From Carcharhinus longimanus (Eukaryota), in contig JASCQW010000132.1 of assembly GCA_030264375.1 (NCBI GenBank), forward strand, positions 70,999,478 to 71,063,477: DNA of 64,000 nucleotides. Reading direction: 5' to 3'. The first letter of the stretch is position 1. Each line of letters begins with the position of its first letter. Under the pieces are notes generated by a model. That model saw only the letters and a program-made list of their open reading frames with translations, was not told the DNA's origin and ran no database searches. The translations under genes were made by a program, and so were the position numbers. Below, one piece after another: positions 36,590 through 48,982 of this stretch.

Positions 36590-37180
36590 CTGTCTCACAT
36601 CTAATAGGTTTAAAATCACCTATTCCTTGACTGGTGCCAGAGCATATTGTTTAAGTAAACTTTCCCAAATACACACCACCATGAACTCCTATTCCAGGCT
36701 GCTATTGTCATTTTGATTCACCCAATTTCTATGAACATAAACATCCATAATTACTGGAGTCACTTTTGTACAAACTCCCGTTATTTCTTTCTGTATACTC
36801 TGTCCTATTATAGCCATTGTTGGGCTGCCAATAAAATCGAACTTACACTTTTGCCTGGACGATAAAATTCTTTTCTATTCTAAAGCATTCCCACTCTTGA
36901 CTTCTTCCCATATCTCCACCAAGCTGATTCTACACTTCGATATTTCAAACCAAGGTCATTTCCTGCTACTCTACTGATCTTATCCTTTATTAACAGAACC
37001 ACCCACCTCCTTTTTGTTGGTAAAATTCCGTGCTGACGGGACAGGGATGTGCATCCAATCCAGAATGCCTCCCCCACCCCAATTTTACCTCCACCGTGAT
37101 TTCACCTTGTGCCGGCCAGTAAAATTCACCCCAATATAATGTCCATTTAAAGGCTGTGATTCTGCCGTTACCATTGTGCA
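36590..37180 (-). mobile_element. CR1 endonuclease-region fragment with nested MITE-like insert (~37015-37132)
   Basis: KGGGW / VVLLIKDKI..DLGL..VESAW. Confidence 0.65.
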
Positions 37181-37446
37181 CTCTGATTTCACACTATTTC
37201 TAATTAAAAAGTGAGTGTGACAGCGCTTTCGGAAGCTGAGAAGTAGTTATTGGTTGGAGGGCAGTATAGGTTGAGGAGATGGAAGGTGTAAGAATGAAGA
37301 ATGTTAATGGCGGAGTTTAACAACAGTGGGATTAGTTTACATAGATCATTTGCATTACAACTGTGGACAGTATAATCTATAATAGGGAAAAACGGAGACG
37401 AAATTACAAAAGATTTGTGACACAGTATATTTTTAGACTGGAGGGA

Positions 37447-37574
37447 GGGGGAGTTTTCCCGACCCGTCTACCATGGAAATCGTAGCAGGCGGTGGGGGCC
37501 AGCCATACAAAGGTTCATTAGCCTCGAGTGAGATTTTCCAGTTTTGGGGCGAGTACGGCCAGAAAATCCTGCCC
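37447..37574. mobile_element. Tourist-like MITE
   Basis: CTCGAGTGAGATTTTCCAGTTTTGGGG shared with 4853-4979; further related copies near 51818-51940 and 60547-60640. Confidence 0.85.
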
Positions 37575-37816
37575 ACTATGTGCACGTAGGCTGTAAACTT
37601 TCAAAATATAAAATATTTCCAAATAATTTAACCACATCATAAATGTAGAATCTGTGAGTTTCATTAAACTTACACAATTATCTGCACTTCCAGGGTAACA
37701 TGGAAGTAACACAGGCCTGCAAAATTTCAGTAAGAAAATTTTTAATGAATTGTTTATTTAAAAGCAACAATTAAAAGTTTAAGGCAAACAATATTAATAA
37801 TTACGGAGATCACGGA

Positions 37817-37906
37817 CTTAGAACATAACAAATAGGAGCAGGAGTAGGCCATCTAGCCCTTCGAGCCTGCCCTGCCATTCAATAAGATCATGGCTGATCT
37901 GTCGTG
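37817..37906 (-). mobile_element. CR1 3' tail (runs into gap)
   Basis: As 35272. Confidence 0.85.
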
Positions 37907-38739
37907 NNNNNNNNNNNNNNNNNNNNNNNNNNNNNNNNNNNNNNNNNNNNNNNNNNNNNNNNNNNNNNNNNNNNNNNNNNNNNNNNNNNNNNNNNNNNNN
38001 NNNNNNCGCAATTTGCCGTTCCACCAATCTTGGTGTCATCAGCAAATTTCGACACCATACACTCGGTTCCCTCCTCCAGATCGAGATTAGATTAAGGAGT
38101 ATCTGTGTATCTTTAAGACATTGAGATGATTGAGGAGGGATTTGCAAGATTATGAAAGCTTTAAGCAAAATGAATTCAGATACTTGTTCATTCACAGAGG
38201 ATTCAAATACAAAGGCACACAGGTCAAACAATAGCAAACTCGGAACAATCTGAAATTCCTCTTGGGGTGAAGTGTCTCTTTTAATAAGAAGTAAAAGGAT
38301 ATTTATATTTCCATGTAATTAGCACCCAGCTGATGAAGTTCTGAGAATGCTACATTTTTATCAGTCATTAACTGCTGAATGAAAAAGACATCCTTTGGTA
38401 TTTCTTTCAAAAGAAGAAGTATACTAATGGTTTATTAGGTGTTTGACTACCCAGTGTGGTACCAGGTGGTCTTAGTTTCCATCCATGTTCAATGTTTATT
38501 CACTAATCCCAGAAAAATTGGAAGCCCCTTAGCAATGAAGAGAAATCAGCCAGAGATTTTATTCCTGACCAGTGTCCAGTTACTCCTATGTGTGTACAGT
38601 GGCTGAGTGAGTTCACACTTTTCAGCACTCGTGGGGGATATAGGAATTTTTAGGAATAGGAATTGGTGATAAGATTTAAGTTGTTTCCTTTATTAACAGT
38701 CCCATCAAACAATCATTTTCCAGACCATTTTCTTTCCAA

Positions 38740-38990
38740 AACACTATCCATCCCCACTTGAACTATCTTGTATTACGTGCTTTAATGGTTTGCTCTGATG
38801 AGTCACTTTTATCCTTGGCACAAAATGGTTCTTAACTTGATTTTTCTTTCTCCTAACTTGCCATTTTTTTGACCTGTGCACCTTTGCATTTGAACCATTT
38901 GTGTGAATGAACAAGGTATCTTGATCAATTTTGCCCAAAGTTTTCATAATCCTCAAAATCTTGTCTTAAAAAGGAACAATCCTAATATAA
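38740..38990 (-). mobile_element. Old CR1 3' fragment
   Basis: RIMKTLGKIDQDTLF..NAKVH (cf. KIMxGxDRVDxxxLF..RTRGH). Confidence 0.55.
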
Positions 38991-39179
38991 TCTCATAATT
39001 TAAATCCCAGAAATATTTTTATAATTTGTCTCTGAATTCTTAAATTTCGATAAATTTCTATATATGGACCTGCAATATTTTACATGTTTGTGCCCAGGGA
39101 AACATGCAATACAGTTGCAGAAAGCAAAACATAAAGTGGCTAGGATTGGAATATTTGGCCGATAGCCTAAAACTCCATA

Positions 39180-39280
39180 GGTGAGGATAGGGCCTGGATG
39201 GGGTTGTTGTTAGTGCAGACTTGATGGACCGAATGCCTCCTTCTGCACTGTAGGGATTCTATGATTTCTATGACTCTATG
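39180..39280 (+). mobile_element. HE1 SINE 3' part
   Basis: GCAGACTTGATGGACCGAATGCCTCCTTCTGCACTGTAGGGATTCTATGA. Confidence 0.85.
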
Positions 39281-39859
39281 TTTGGGTGAAAGTGAACTAT
39301 AGTGTGTAAGTACAGAAGACTCAAATCTCCTCAACTTTTATGATCATCTATTGATTCCAACCCCCCACACACATCCACCCAGTGCAAATTATTGCAAATA
39401 ACTGCAAACATTTCCTGAAGAGGTTGCATCATAGTTTGGCATTTCAACAAATTATTACAGGAACTTTAAAATACAGATCTCTGAGAAATCTATTTTAGTC
39501 ACTGATAGTGTTTTATGCAATATTGAAGTCCCTTTAGCAATTGGAATAACTGTTTTAAAAAATAGACCTTTAATAAATGACAGTCAATATTAGGAATTAT
39601 TGGAAATTTGAGATGAAGTTGTATAAGCCACAGCAATTGTTAAAATGAAGGCAAATTTTAACAAGGTTAGATTAAAATTAACCTCTTTGTTGTCTGGTGG
39701 ATACTGAGGAAACCACAGCCTATTTGAGAAGCAGCTTGAGATTCAACTAAACTGATCAAGATTAATGATGCAGACCACCTTCTGTGGCTTTCAATTGGAT
39801 GATTATGTAATCCATGGTAAACTACCAATTGACACCATTGATGCAGTGCATCACTGCAC

Positions 39860-40292
39860 TAGCCATCCAGAGGAGCCCAGCACATCAGTGCACAAGATAA
39901 GGCTGAAGTATTCACAGCAAGCTTCAGCCAGAAATGCCAAATGGATGATCCATTTCATCCTCCTCCTGTGGTCCCCAGCATCTCAGATGCCAGTCTCCAG
40001 CCAATTTGGTTCAGTCCACGTGATATCAACAAATGATTTGTAGGCACTGGTTACTGTAAAGGCAATGGACCCTGATAACATTCCGGCAATAGTACTGAAG
40101 ACTTGTGCTCCAGAACTTGCTGCTCTCCAAGGAAGCCAAGCACTTCCAGTACAGTTACAACACTGGCATCTACCCAACAATGTGGAAAATTGCCCAGGTA
40201 TGTCCTGTACACAAAAAGGGGGACAAATCCAACCCAGCTAATCACCACCCAGTCAGTCTACTCTCAGTCATCAGTAAAGTGATGGAAGGGAT
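39860..40292 (+). mobile_element. CR1-clade LINE ORF2, 5' part (continues at 44481)
   Basis: TGIYPTMWKIAQVCPVHKKGDKSNPANHHPVSLLSVISKVME. Confidence 0.92.
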
Positions 40293-40293
40293 T

Positions 40294-40399
40294 TGGGCGG
40301 CAAGGTAACACAGTGGTTAGCCCTGCTGCTTCACAGCTCCAGGGACCTGGGTTTGATTCTCGGCTTGGGTCACTGTCTGTGTGGAGTTTGCACATTCTC
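40294..40399 (+). mobile_element. HE1 SINE 5' part (ends at gap)
   Basis: A/B boxes and body. Confidence 0.9.
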
Positions 40400-40499
40400 N
40401 NNNNNNNNNNNNNNNNNNNNNNNNNNNNNNNNNNNNNNNNNNNNNNNNNNNNNNNNNNNNNNNNNNNNNNNNNNNNNNNNNNNNNNNNNNNNNNNNNNN

Positions 40500-40770
40500 A
40501 GAGGGAAAAGTTTAAAGGGAATATTAGTGGGGGGAGGCTTCTTCACACAGAGAGTGGTGGGAATGTGGAATGAGCTGCCAGATGAAGTGGTAAATGCAGG
40601 CTCACTTTTAACATTTAGGAAAATCTTGGACGGGTACATGGATGAGAGGGATGTGGAGGGATATGGTCCAGGTGCAGGTCAGTGGGACTAGGCAGAAAAA
40701 TGGTTCGGTACAGCCAAGAAGGACCAGAGGACCTGTTCCTGTGATGTAGTGTTCTATGGTTCTGTGGTTC
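40500..40770 (+). mobile_element. CR1/HER1 3' end
   Basis: FFTQRVVGMWNELPDEVV..FRKILDGYM; TTCTATGGTTCT tail. Confidence 0.9.
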
Positions 40771-40839
40771 TGTGTGTGGGTTCCTAGGCATCTGTGGCTT
40801 TCCACAGCAGGAGAACTTTGGACGTATTCTGCTGTTTTC

Positions 40840-41115
40840 CCACCGGACAACCAGTTTGATTGACAGGTTGGTGGACAACCTATCGGACATGTTGGTGACA
40901 GGCTGACTGATGGGAAGACTGACACCCTGTCGAAGATTGATTGACAACCTGATTGACATACTGATGGCAGCCTGACTGACAACTTAGCTTATAGTTTGAT
41001 TGACAAATTGCTTGGTTACAGACTGATTGCCAGGCTGGTTACAGGCGAATCGATAGATTGATTGACAGGACGATTACACGCTGATTACAGGCTGACTGGC
41101 TGATTGTTTGACACG
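40840..41115. repeat. Degenerate TGAC/TGAT-based minisatellite
   Basis: Repeated (TGAT)TGACAGGC-like units. Confidence 0.7.
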
Positions 41116-41539
41116 ATCTTGTTAAAATGGCCTCATGCTGTTTAAAACACTTGCAAGCCGACCTGCCTCCAGATTGGTTACCCTCCCCGCTCGCCCCACC
41201 TCTGTTTAAAGTGGACGTTCACGGCAGGTTGGGAACACTTTTGAAATTTGTAACGGGTTAGAATTTCTACCAAAGCGCACCCACACACCTGAGGATTAAA
41301 GTTACCCAATCGTCGCCACCTTCTTCACCCCAGGTGACTCAGCGATGGGGAATGAATTTTGTCCATCATTCCGAATAGGTCAATTCATTGTAAGTTTAAA
41401 ACCTATCAGCAACTGATGGAGGAAAACCAAAATGACATTTTGGGTGCCCCACATCCATCAGAGGCAGGTAGGACAACACACAGGAGGGGGATAACTAACA
41501 TGTTACAGTCAAGGGCACCAATTGTTTTTAAAACATCAT

Positions 41540-42355
41540 TTATGGGACATGGGCATCGCTGGCTGGCCAGCATTTATTGCCCATCCCCGGTGGTGGTGAG
41601 CTGCCTTCCTGAATCACTACAGACCCTGAAGTGTAGGCACAGCCGCAGTGCTATTCGGGAGGGAGTTCCAGGATTTTGACCCAGCGATAGTGAAGGAATA
41701 GAGATATATTTCCAAGTCAGGATGTTGAATGACTTGGAGAGGAACTTCCAAGTGGTGGTGTTCCCAGGTATCAGCTGCCCTTGTCATTCTGAGTGGTTGT
41801 GATTGTGGGTTTGGAAGATACTGCCTGAGGAGTCTTGGTGAGTTCCTGCAGTGCATCTTGCAGACAATACACACTGATATCACTGTGTGTCGATCGGGGA
41901 GGCACTGAATGTTTGTAAAGGGGGTGCCAGTCAAGTAGCTGTTTTGTTCTGAATGCTGTCGAATTTCTTTAGCATTAGAGCTGCACTCATCAAGGCAAGT
42001 GGAGAGTATTCCATTACACTCCTGCCATCCTTACCTGGCCTGGCCTACATGTGGTTCCAGACCCACAGCAATGTGGTTGACTCTCAATTGCCCTCAAGCA
42101 ATAAGGGATGGGCAATAAATGCTAGCGTTGGAACGCCGGCATTCCCACATCAATAAATGCTATCCAGCCAGCGACACCCATGTCCCACGAATGAAAAAAA
42201 ACACCCCTGATTTATGTCTTGTAAATGGCGGACTGGCTTTGGGGAGTCAAGAGGTGAGTTACTCGCCACAGGATTCCTAACCTTTGACCTGCTCTGGTAG
42301 CCACAGCATTTACATGGCTAGTCCAGTTCATTTTCTGGACAATGATAACCCTCTA
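41540..42355 (-). mobile_element. CR1-clade LINE 3' end (family of 33994)
   Basis: Reverse complement of 34940-35790 / 45130-45700. Confidence 0.9.
42025..42200 (+). mobile_element. 5'-truncated tRNA-headed-family SINE with doubled tail and 9-bp TSD
   Basis: ACACTCCTG (42016-42024) / ACACCCCTG (42201-42209); CAATAAATGCT occurs twice. Confidence 0.85.
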
Positions 42356-42967
42356 GCATCTGGCTTGGGTAGAAGATTGGAGGGGTGGTAGCAGGAATGA
42401 GGATATCAGATAATAACCTGGAGGTAGGGGGGAGAGGGTGGTTACATCTGGCCGCAAATATTCCTTCCACAGTAGCTTTTGAAATTATTGGAGGAAAGTC
42501 TTTTCAGTGTCAAAACTAGCGAAACAGAGAGGTATCCCCAAAAGGAAAGCTCTTTCAACATTGCGAAATGTCATGGAATTGATGGAGGAAAGAGCAGGCA
42601 TCTACATAACTAACACATCAACACATTCCCAAGATAGCCAACGGTACTCCATAAATATTGTTTCAGATTTTGGGACATGGTACTGATAGCATTTGTTACC
42701 ATTAATCTGCTGAATCTCTTAGCAACCTTGAAAGTCCACGCATGCGCAGAACAACACAGAAATCCAAAGGTTGCTATCGGTGATCCCATACTCTTCCATA
42801 GGGTAGATATAGAAGTTCCCACAAGCCTGCTCCCTCCTCAGCAAGGGGGTCACATAAGGCATGGTTAGACCATCCCTGACCTGGATTCTATAGTATGGGG
42901 AGGTGGATAAGGTGCCAATTAGTCCTCCCCACCAATATAAGCCCCCAGTCTGCCTCCACTGCCATAA

Positions 42968-43072
42968 TAGAACATAGAACACTACAGCACAAACAGGCCC
43001 TTCGGCCCACAGGTTGCACCGATCATATCCCTACCTACCAGGCCTATCTATAACCCTCAATCCCATTAAATC
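42968..43072 (-). mobile_element. CR1 3' tail
   Basis: ATAGAACATAGAACACTACAGCACAAACAGGCCCTTCGGCCCAC. Confidence 0.85.
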
Positions 43073-43454
43073 AATTAATTAATGTGTTGGGCAGTGTTGG
43101 GCAGGCGAGAGTACGAAGCCTGTTTTTCAAACTAGCTTGTTTGAAAGGATGAGAAGGAAAGGGTGGGTACATCATTCCGAGTTTGCCCAATGCACATCGG
43201 GGGCATCCCCTTCGAAAGCACAAGACGTTACCCCACCCCAGCCCCCTACCTTATGTCTACTCTCCTGGTCTCCTGGATACACCTCCCCTTTCCCTCTTCT
43301 CATCCCATCCTGAGGGTGCCCAAACCCAAGCTGCCAGCCAAACTGATGAGCCAACAGTCCTTGACAGGCAAACGTACGCCCCTCAGTTTGTTAGGGTGTG
43401 TTACTGCTGCACGGCTTCTTAAATTCTGTCAGTTTGGAACCAATCGTTCTTCCA

Positions 43455-43870
43455 GTCAGAGATTAGACAAATTAGGCCTCCATTGTCTAAAATTCAAAAG
43501 ATTAAGGGGTGATCTGATAGAAATTTATAAAATATTTACAGGGAACAACAGGGTGGATAAGGATCAGTTGTTTCCACTGGTTGAAGTCTCTAGAACCAGG
43601 GGCCATAATCTAAAAATTAGGACCAAGACATTCAGGAGAGACATTAGAAACTTCTACGGAGAGAGTGAGGGAAGTTTGGAACTCTCTTCCTCAAACAGCA
43701 GTGGATGTTGGTTCAATTGTAAGTTTTAAGTCTGAGACAGACACATTTTTATTGAGCAGGAGATGTGGGCCTAGGGCAGGTACATGGAATTAGGCCACAC
43801 AGATCAGCCATGAGCTTATTGAATGGCAGAACAAGGGGCTGAATGGCCTCCTCCTGTTCCTATGTTCCAA
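43455..43870 (+). mobile_element. CR1 3' end
   Basis: RLDKLGLHCLKFKRLRGDLIEIYKI..VDKDQLFPLV..RTRGHNLK. Confidence 0.92.
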
Positions 43871-44134
43871 TGTACATGTTCGATGGGCCAAACGCCCTCC
43901 TTCTGTACTGTAGGGATTCTATGAGAGCGTGATGGCGGTGCAGGAGGGGAGGGGGAGAGGACGTGGGGTGTTCGGTGAGAGTACTGGGGATAGGGAGGGT
44001 GTGAGCAATATGCCCATCTGTAAAATCCAGTCCCATGAACGGACAAAAATCTCCAAACTACACTGTTACTCACAGTGAAACTTACAGAATACTGAAAAAC
44101 CTGGATAGAGTGGACATGGAGATGTTTCCATTAG

Positions 44135-44480
44135 TGGGCGGCACGGTAGCACAGTGGTTAGCACCGCTGCTTCACAGCTCCAGGGTCCTGAGTTCGATTC
44201 CCGGCTCGGGTCACTGTCTGTGTGGAGTTTGCACGTTCTCCTCGTGTCTGTGTGGGTTTCCTCCAGGTACTCCGGTTTCCTCCCACAGTCCAAAGATGTG
44301 TGGGTTAGGTTGATTGACTGTGCTAAAATTGCCCCTTAGTGTCCTGAGATGTGTAGGTTAGAGGGATTAGTGGGTAAATATGTAGGGATATGGGTCTGGG
44401 GTCTGGGTGGGACTGTGGTTGGTGCAGACTCGATGGGCCAAGTGGCCTCCTTCTGCACTGTAGGGTTTCTATGATTCTAT
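44135..44480 (+). mobile_element. HE1 SINE, full length, young-looking (preceded by short CR1 piece 44075-44134)
   Basis: CpG-retaining head GGGCGGCACGGTAGCACAGTGGTTAGC, TTCTATGATTCTAT tail. Confidence 0.95.
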
Positions 44481-45710
44481 AACAGTGTTATCAAGCAGCA
44501 CTTGCTCAGTAATGACCTGCTCAGTGATGCCCAGTTTGTGTTTCACCGGGGTCACTCAGCTCCTGACCTCAATATAGACTTTGTTCAAACATGGACAAAG
44601 GCGCTGAATTCCAGAGGAGAGGCAAGAGTGATAGCCCTTGACATCAAGGCCATATTCGACCGAGTGTGGCATTAAGGACCCCTAGCGAAACTGGAATCAA
44701 TGAGTATCGGGGGCAAACTCTCTGCTGGTTGGTGTCATTCCTAGTACTTGGAAAATGGTTGTGGTCATAGAGAGTCTACAAGATTCTCTGCAGGAGCCCC
44801 TCAAAGTAGTGTCCTAGGCCCAACAATCTTCAGCTGCTTCATCAATGACCTTCCTTCTATTATAAGGTCAAAAGTGAGGATGTTCGCACTATGTACAGCA
44901 CCATTCATGACTCCTCAGATACTGAAGCAGTCCATGTTCAAATCCAACAAGATCTGGACAATATCCAGACTTGGGCTGACAAATGGCAAATAACATTCGT
45001 GCCACACAAATACCAGACAATGACCATCAGCAGTAAGAGACACTCTAACCACCACACCTTAACATTCAATAATATAACCATCACTGAATCCCCCAACGTC
45101 AACATCCTTGGGGTTACCATTGACCAAAAACTCAACTGGATTCACCATGTAAACAAAGTGGCTATAAGAGCAGGTCAGAGTCTAGGAATACTGTGGCAAG
45201 TAACTCACCTCTTGACTCCCAAGAGCCCATCTACAAGGCCAAGGAGTACTCCTCACTTGCCTGCATGGGTGCAGCTCCAACAAACTCAAGAAGCTTGACA
45301 TCATCCAAGACAAAGCAGCCTGCTTAATTGGCACCACATCCACAAACATTCAATCCCTCCACCACTGACACTCAGTAGTAGCAGTGTGTACGATCTACTA
45401 GATGCACTGCAGCAATTCACCAAAGATACTTAGACAGCACCTTCCAAATCCAGACCACTTCCATCTAGAAGAACAAGGGCAGCAGATAAATGAGAACACC
45501 ACCATCTGCAAATTTCCCTCCAAGCCACTCAGTGCTGTTCCTTCGCAGTTGCTGGGTCAAAATCCTGAAATTCCCTCCCTAATGGTATTACAGGCTGACC
45601 CACAGAACATAAACTGCAGCTCACCACAACCTTCTCAAGGGCAAGTAGGGATGGGCAATAAATGCTGGCCAGCCAGCAACGCCCATGTCTCATGAATGAT
45701 TAAAAAAAAT
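44481..45710 (+). mobile_element. CR1-clade LINE RT and 3' end (continuation of 39860-40292)
   Basis: ALDIKAIFDRVWH, AGAPQSSVLGPTIFSCFINDL, QQDLDNIQTWADKWQ, LGVTIDQKLNW; A-rich tail. Confidence 0.95.
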
Positions 45711-45779
45711 ACATGATAATGTTCAAGAGACTGGGTTCAAAACTCACCACTGCGGATCGTGAAATTTATATTTTGAAGT

Positions 45780-45851
45780 TTCTCTTTAGTATGGTAGCTA
45801 GTATGCTTGCCTATCATGCAAAAGCCTGAGCTTCAGTTCCCTGATGGGGAG
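45780..45851 (+). pseudogene. Decayed tRNA-Asp(GTC)-derived sequence
   Basis: Ungapped 72-nt hand alignment to vertebrate tRNA-Asp as recalled (TCCTCGTTAGTATAGTGG...CCCCGACGGGGAG), about 50/72 identical; anticodon now ATC. Confidence 0.7.
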
Positions 45852-45897
45852 CTTAGAAGTGGTTCAGAGTTGTGACTGACATTTGAGGTGTGTTGTT

Positions 45898-46100
45898 TGG
45901 GGAGTCAGTTAACTCAGCTTGCTGGACAACTGGTTCATGAAGCAGTAATGCCAACAGCGCAGGTTCAATTCCTGTACCAGCTGAGGTTATTCCTGAAGGC
46001 CCTGCCTTCTCAAACTTGTTTGAGGTGTAGTGATCCTCAGATTAAAATCAGCTCACTTCCTCAAAGGAGAGTGCAGTTTATGGTCATTTGGTACTGTGAT
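45898..46100 (+). mobile_element. tRNA-derived SINE (third family)
   Basis: TAACTCAGCTTGCTGG A-box-like, GGTTCAATTCC B box. Confidence 0.65.
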
Positions 46101-46109
46101 GTGCCAAAA

Positions 46110-46720
46110 AGAATGGAAGGGTGTTTCACATGCCAGAATAGAACTCTCCCATACTCTCATATATGGTGCAGCAATTCCTCAGTTAGCTATCCAATAACTT
46201 CAAAAAGTACTGCTGCAAGTCATGGTGTCACTTTTCGTAGACAGGATGTTTGAGCATTGTATCTTGATCCCCCAGAACAGAGCTCGTATTCAGGCTTGTC
46301 CACAAACAGAACACATCCTGGGCTTCCATTTCCATTCCCACTAGCTCCTGTAGATGAGTCTGTGTGAATCCTCTTGTGCATCCCTTGTATTTCACCGTCT
46401 CTTCCAGCCAAAGATGCTAAACCTTGAGCTGGTGCATGAAAAGCTGCAGTGTGTGACAGTGTTTCTTAATATTCTCCTCCTCCAAAGCTTCTGATGTTCC
46501 CGAAGATGAGTGAACCTGGAGAAGGAGAAAAGGGACAAAGATCACAATTTGTAAGTTACAAAGTAGTGAATGACTATCCATGCTAGACAACACCAAGATG
46601 TCACACAGTCTATGTACAGAATATCGAGAGGATAGAGGTATTGTATCAATAAAGGCAGTTGACTTATACTGACCCCATCATCTCCAATGCTTCCAGCTAC
46701 TCCTTGCTATAAGTTTGCAA
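46110..46720 (-). pseudogene. PIF/Harbinger Myb/SANT gene 3' remnant
   Basis: LEALEMMG exon end and TTCTCCTTCTCCAG acceptor before an acidic exon, paralleling 16680-17200. Confidence 0.45.
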
Positions 46721-47196
46721 GGTTATAAAAGTGTGGGCCCAAATCTTCTGGTCTCCAGGTCATTGGAAACCAAACATACAACTGAAAATGCATGTCAGGA
46801 CCCCGGGGAACTCATGGCATGTGGACTTCTATGGGAATTGCCTGGGAATTTTAATCTTCTGACCTTCTGCCAATATCTTCAACTTGGAGGAAATCAGAGA
46901 TCTGGGAGAAATCTGTGGACCCTACCTTGATAGTTTCCAAAGAAATGTAAAACAGATTAAATCTTGCCTAACTCGTGGTTAATACACAACTAACATCCTC
47001 CCCACCATGTCACTCAGACCGGGCTTCCTGGCTAGCCCCTGACCACCTGACTAGCATTACAAACTCCCAACCACTTCCCCAATTATCTAACTATTGTCAT
47101 GATACTCTGACTGTGGCCTAATTGCCAGACCAACTACTGACTTAACTACCCACACACCCATATACTTCCTACCCACTTACCCATCCATCAACCCAC

Positions 47197-47503
47197 AGAA
47201 TCCCTATGCAGAAGCAGGCCATTCGGCCCATCAAACCTGCACCAACAACAATCTCACCCATACCCAATCCCCATGACCCCATGTATTTATACTGCTAATC
47301 TCCCTGACTCTAAGGGGCAATTTAACATTGCCAAACAACCTAACCCGCACATCTTTGGAGTGTTGGAGGAAACCGGAGTATCCAGGGGAAATCCATGCAG
47401 ACACAGAGAGAATGTGCAAACTCTGCACAGACAGTCATCCAAAGATGGAATCGAACATGGGCTCCTGGCACTGTGAGGCAGCAGTGCTAATCACTGTGCC
47501 ACC
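47197..47503 (-). mobile_element. HE1 SINE within C/A-rich low-complexity tract (47000-47950)
   Basis: Reverse-complement match to other copies. Confidence 0.9.
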
Positions 47504-48639
47504 ATATCCACCTAACACCTTACCCACTCACCCACTTACCCACCTTCCCACTCACCCAACTACCCACATTACCCACCTAGTTCCCTGTCCACTTATCCAC
47601 CCTCGTCATCTAACACCTAATAGATTGTTAGAAGGCTTGCCTCAGCTCTCCAACACAGCAACACAGCTCCTAACATTATTTAACATCCTCCTAAACCTCA
47701 TCCCAACCCCCATCCATCCACGTCACTCCATGCCCTCTGAGGTTGTCCATGTTGCCTCTACAACACCTCAGATCATCCATGCCTCCTCACCATCCACTGC
47801 CTGGTCCCATCACATTGTATAGCCTCTCAGATCACCCTTGCCACTACACAACCTTTGATTCCCCACCCACCCTCTGCTAACCCACGCCCATTATCCCCCA
47901 TGCAACCTCAATATGCCTCATGCATCCTCCACAGCTACTCACCCAGCATGCGTTATGAAGTCTTTAGGATCCATGCAAAACCAATTCAAATTATTTGAAA
48001 ATCATTGGAATAAGTTAAACTTCTAATAATCTGATAAAACCCAAACATTTAAACATACCATCACAAACGGTAGAACAAACTAATACAATGTGAATTCAGT
48101 TCACTCAGCCCAAGTCTTCCAGATTGAATTTCACTAGCAAGGCCCATCTTGATGACCCCTTTGCTTCTTAAAGCTCCAAAATTCCAATCAGTTTTGACTC
48201 TTTCCTTTTGAACAGAGCACTCACTCTCACAACCATCCTGCTTTATTGTCAACATAAAACTGTCCTCTGCTCTTTCCAGCAGTTGTTGCCTTGTTTACCC
48301 TTACACCAACATTTACTTTCCCTCCCTCTTTTTTCTCACAAAGATACTTCCCTGTGTGTGAAAGGTATTATTTGATATTTTGAGTTTCTTTCCCCATGGC
48401 AACCAGATCATCTCGGCCTGTCTCTGAGTAGATATGTTTGGCATGCCCCCGCTATCCCCTTTTCCAGAACTTGCTGTTTTACTTTATGTTAAAGAAGAGA
48501 TTGGAAGCGTAACTGTCTTGTTAAGTCCAATAACGATAACAGAGGAAGAACAATGTTTTATACAGGCTTATCAGGGTCTCCTTGCATTTGTGCGCTATGC
48601 CTCTATTTATAAAGTCCAGATCCTGGATGCCTTTTAAAA

Positions 48640-48860
48640 CACTTTCCCAACCTGCCCTACCAATTTCAATAATTTGTGCACAAATACGCCCAGGTTTCTC
48701 TGCTCTTCAACCCCCTTTAGAATTGTGTTTTTTTCGGTAATGTTATTTCTTCTCATTCTTCCTATAAAAATATCTCACTCCAAACTTCTTTGCATTAATT
48801 TTCATCAGGCACAAATTCTTTAGCTCACCGTTCGCTATTAATTGTAACTCATCCCATTGT
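48640..48860 (-). mobile_element. Old CR1 RT fragment
   Basis: LMKINAKKFGVRYFYRKN (cf. WQMEFNxxKCEVxHFGRKN). Confidence 0.6.
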
Positions 48861-48982
48861 TCGATGTTCTTGGATATTTGATTTGGATTTTGGATTTTCA
48901 TTATGATTTTCCATTCCAAGAAGGGAGCCAACAATTCAAAGAAACTAAAATCTTGACAGTTTTAGAGGCGCCAGTTTTGACT

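Noticed and set aside
43163-43729. Longest ORF (188 aa) as a gene
   Set aside because: Chance read-through from non-coding repeat-like DNA into a CR1 C-terminus
40500-44134. Circularly permuted CR1, implying integration of a DNA circle
   Set aside because: The CR1 pieces at the two ends appear to be from different subfamilies, and the gap hides the junction
45780-45851. Functional tRNA gene
   Set aside because: Disrupted stems and B box, altered anticodon, no T-run terminator
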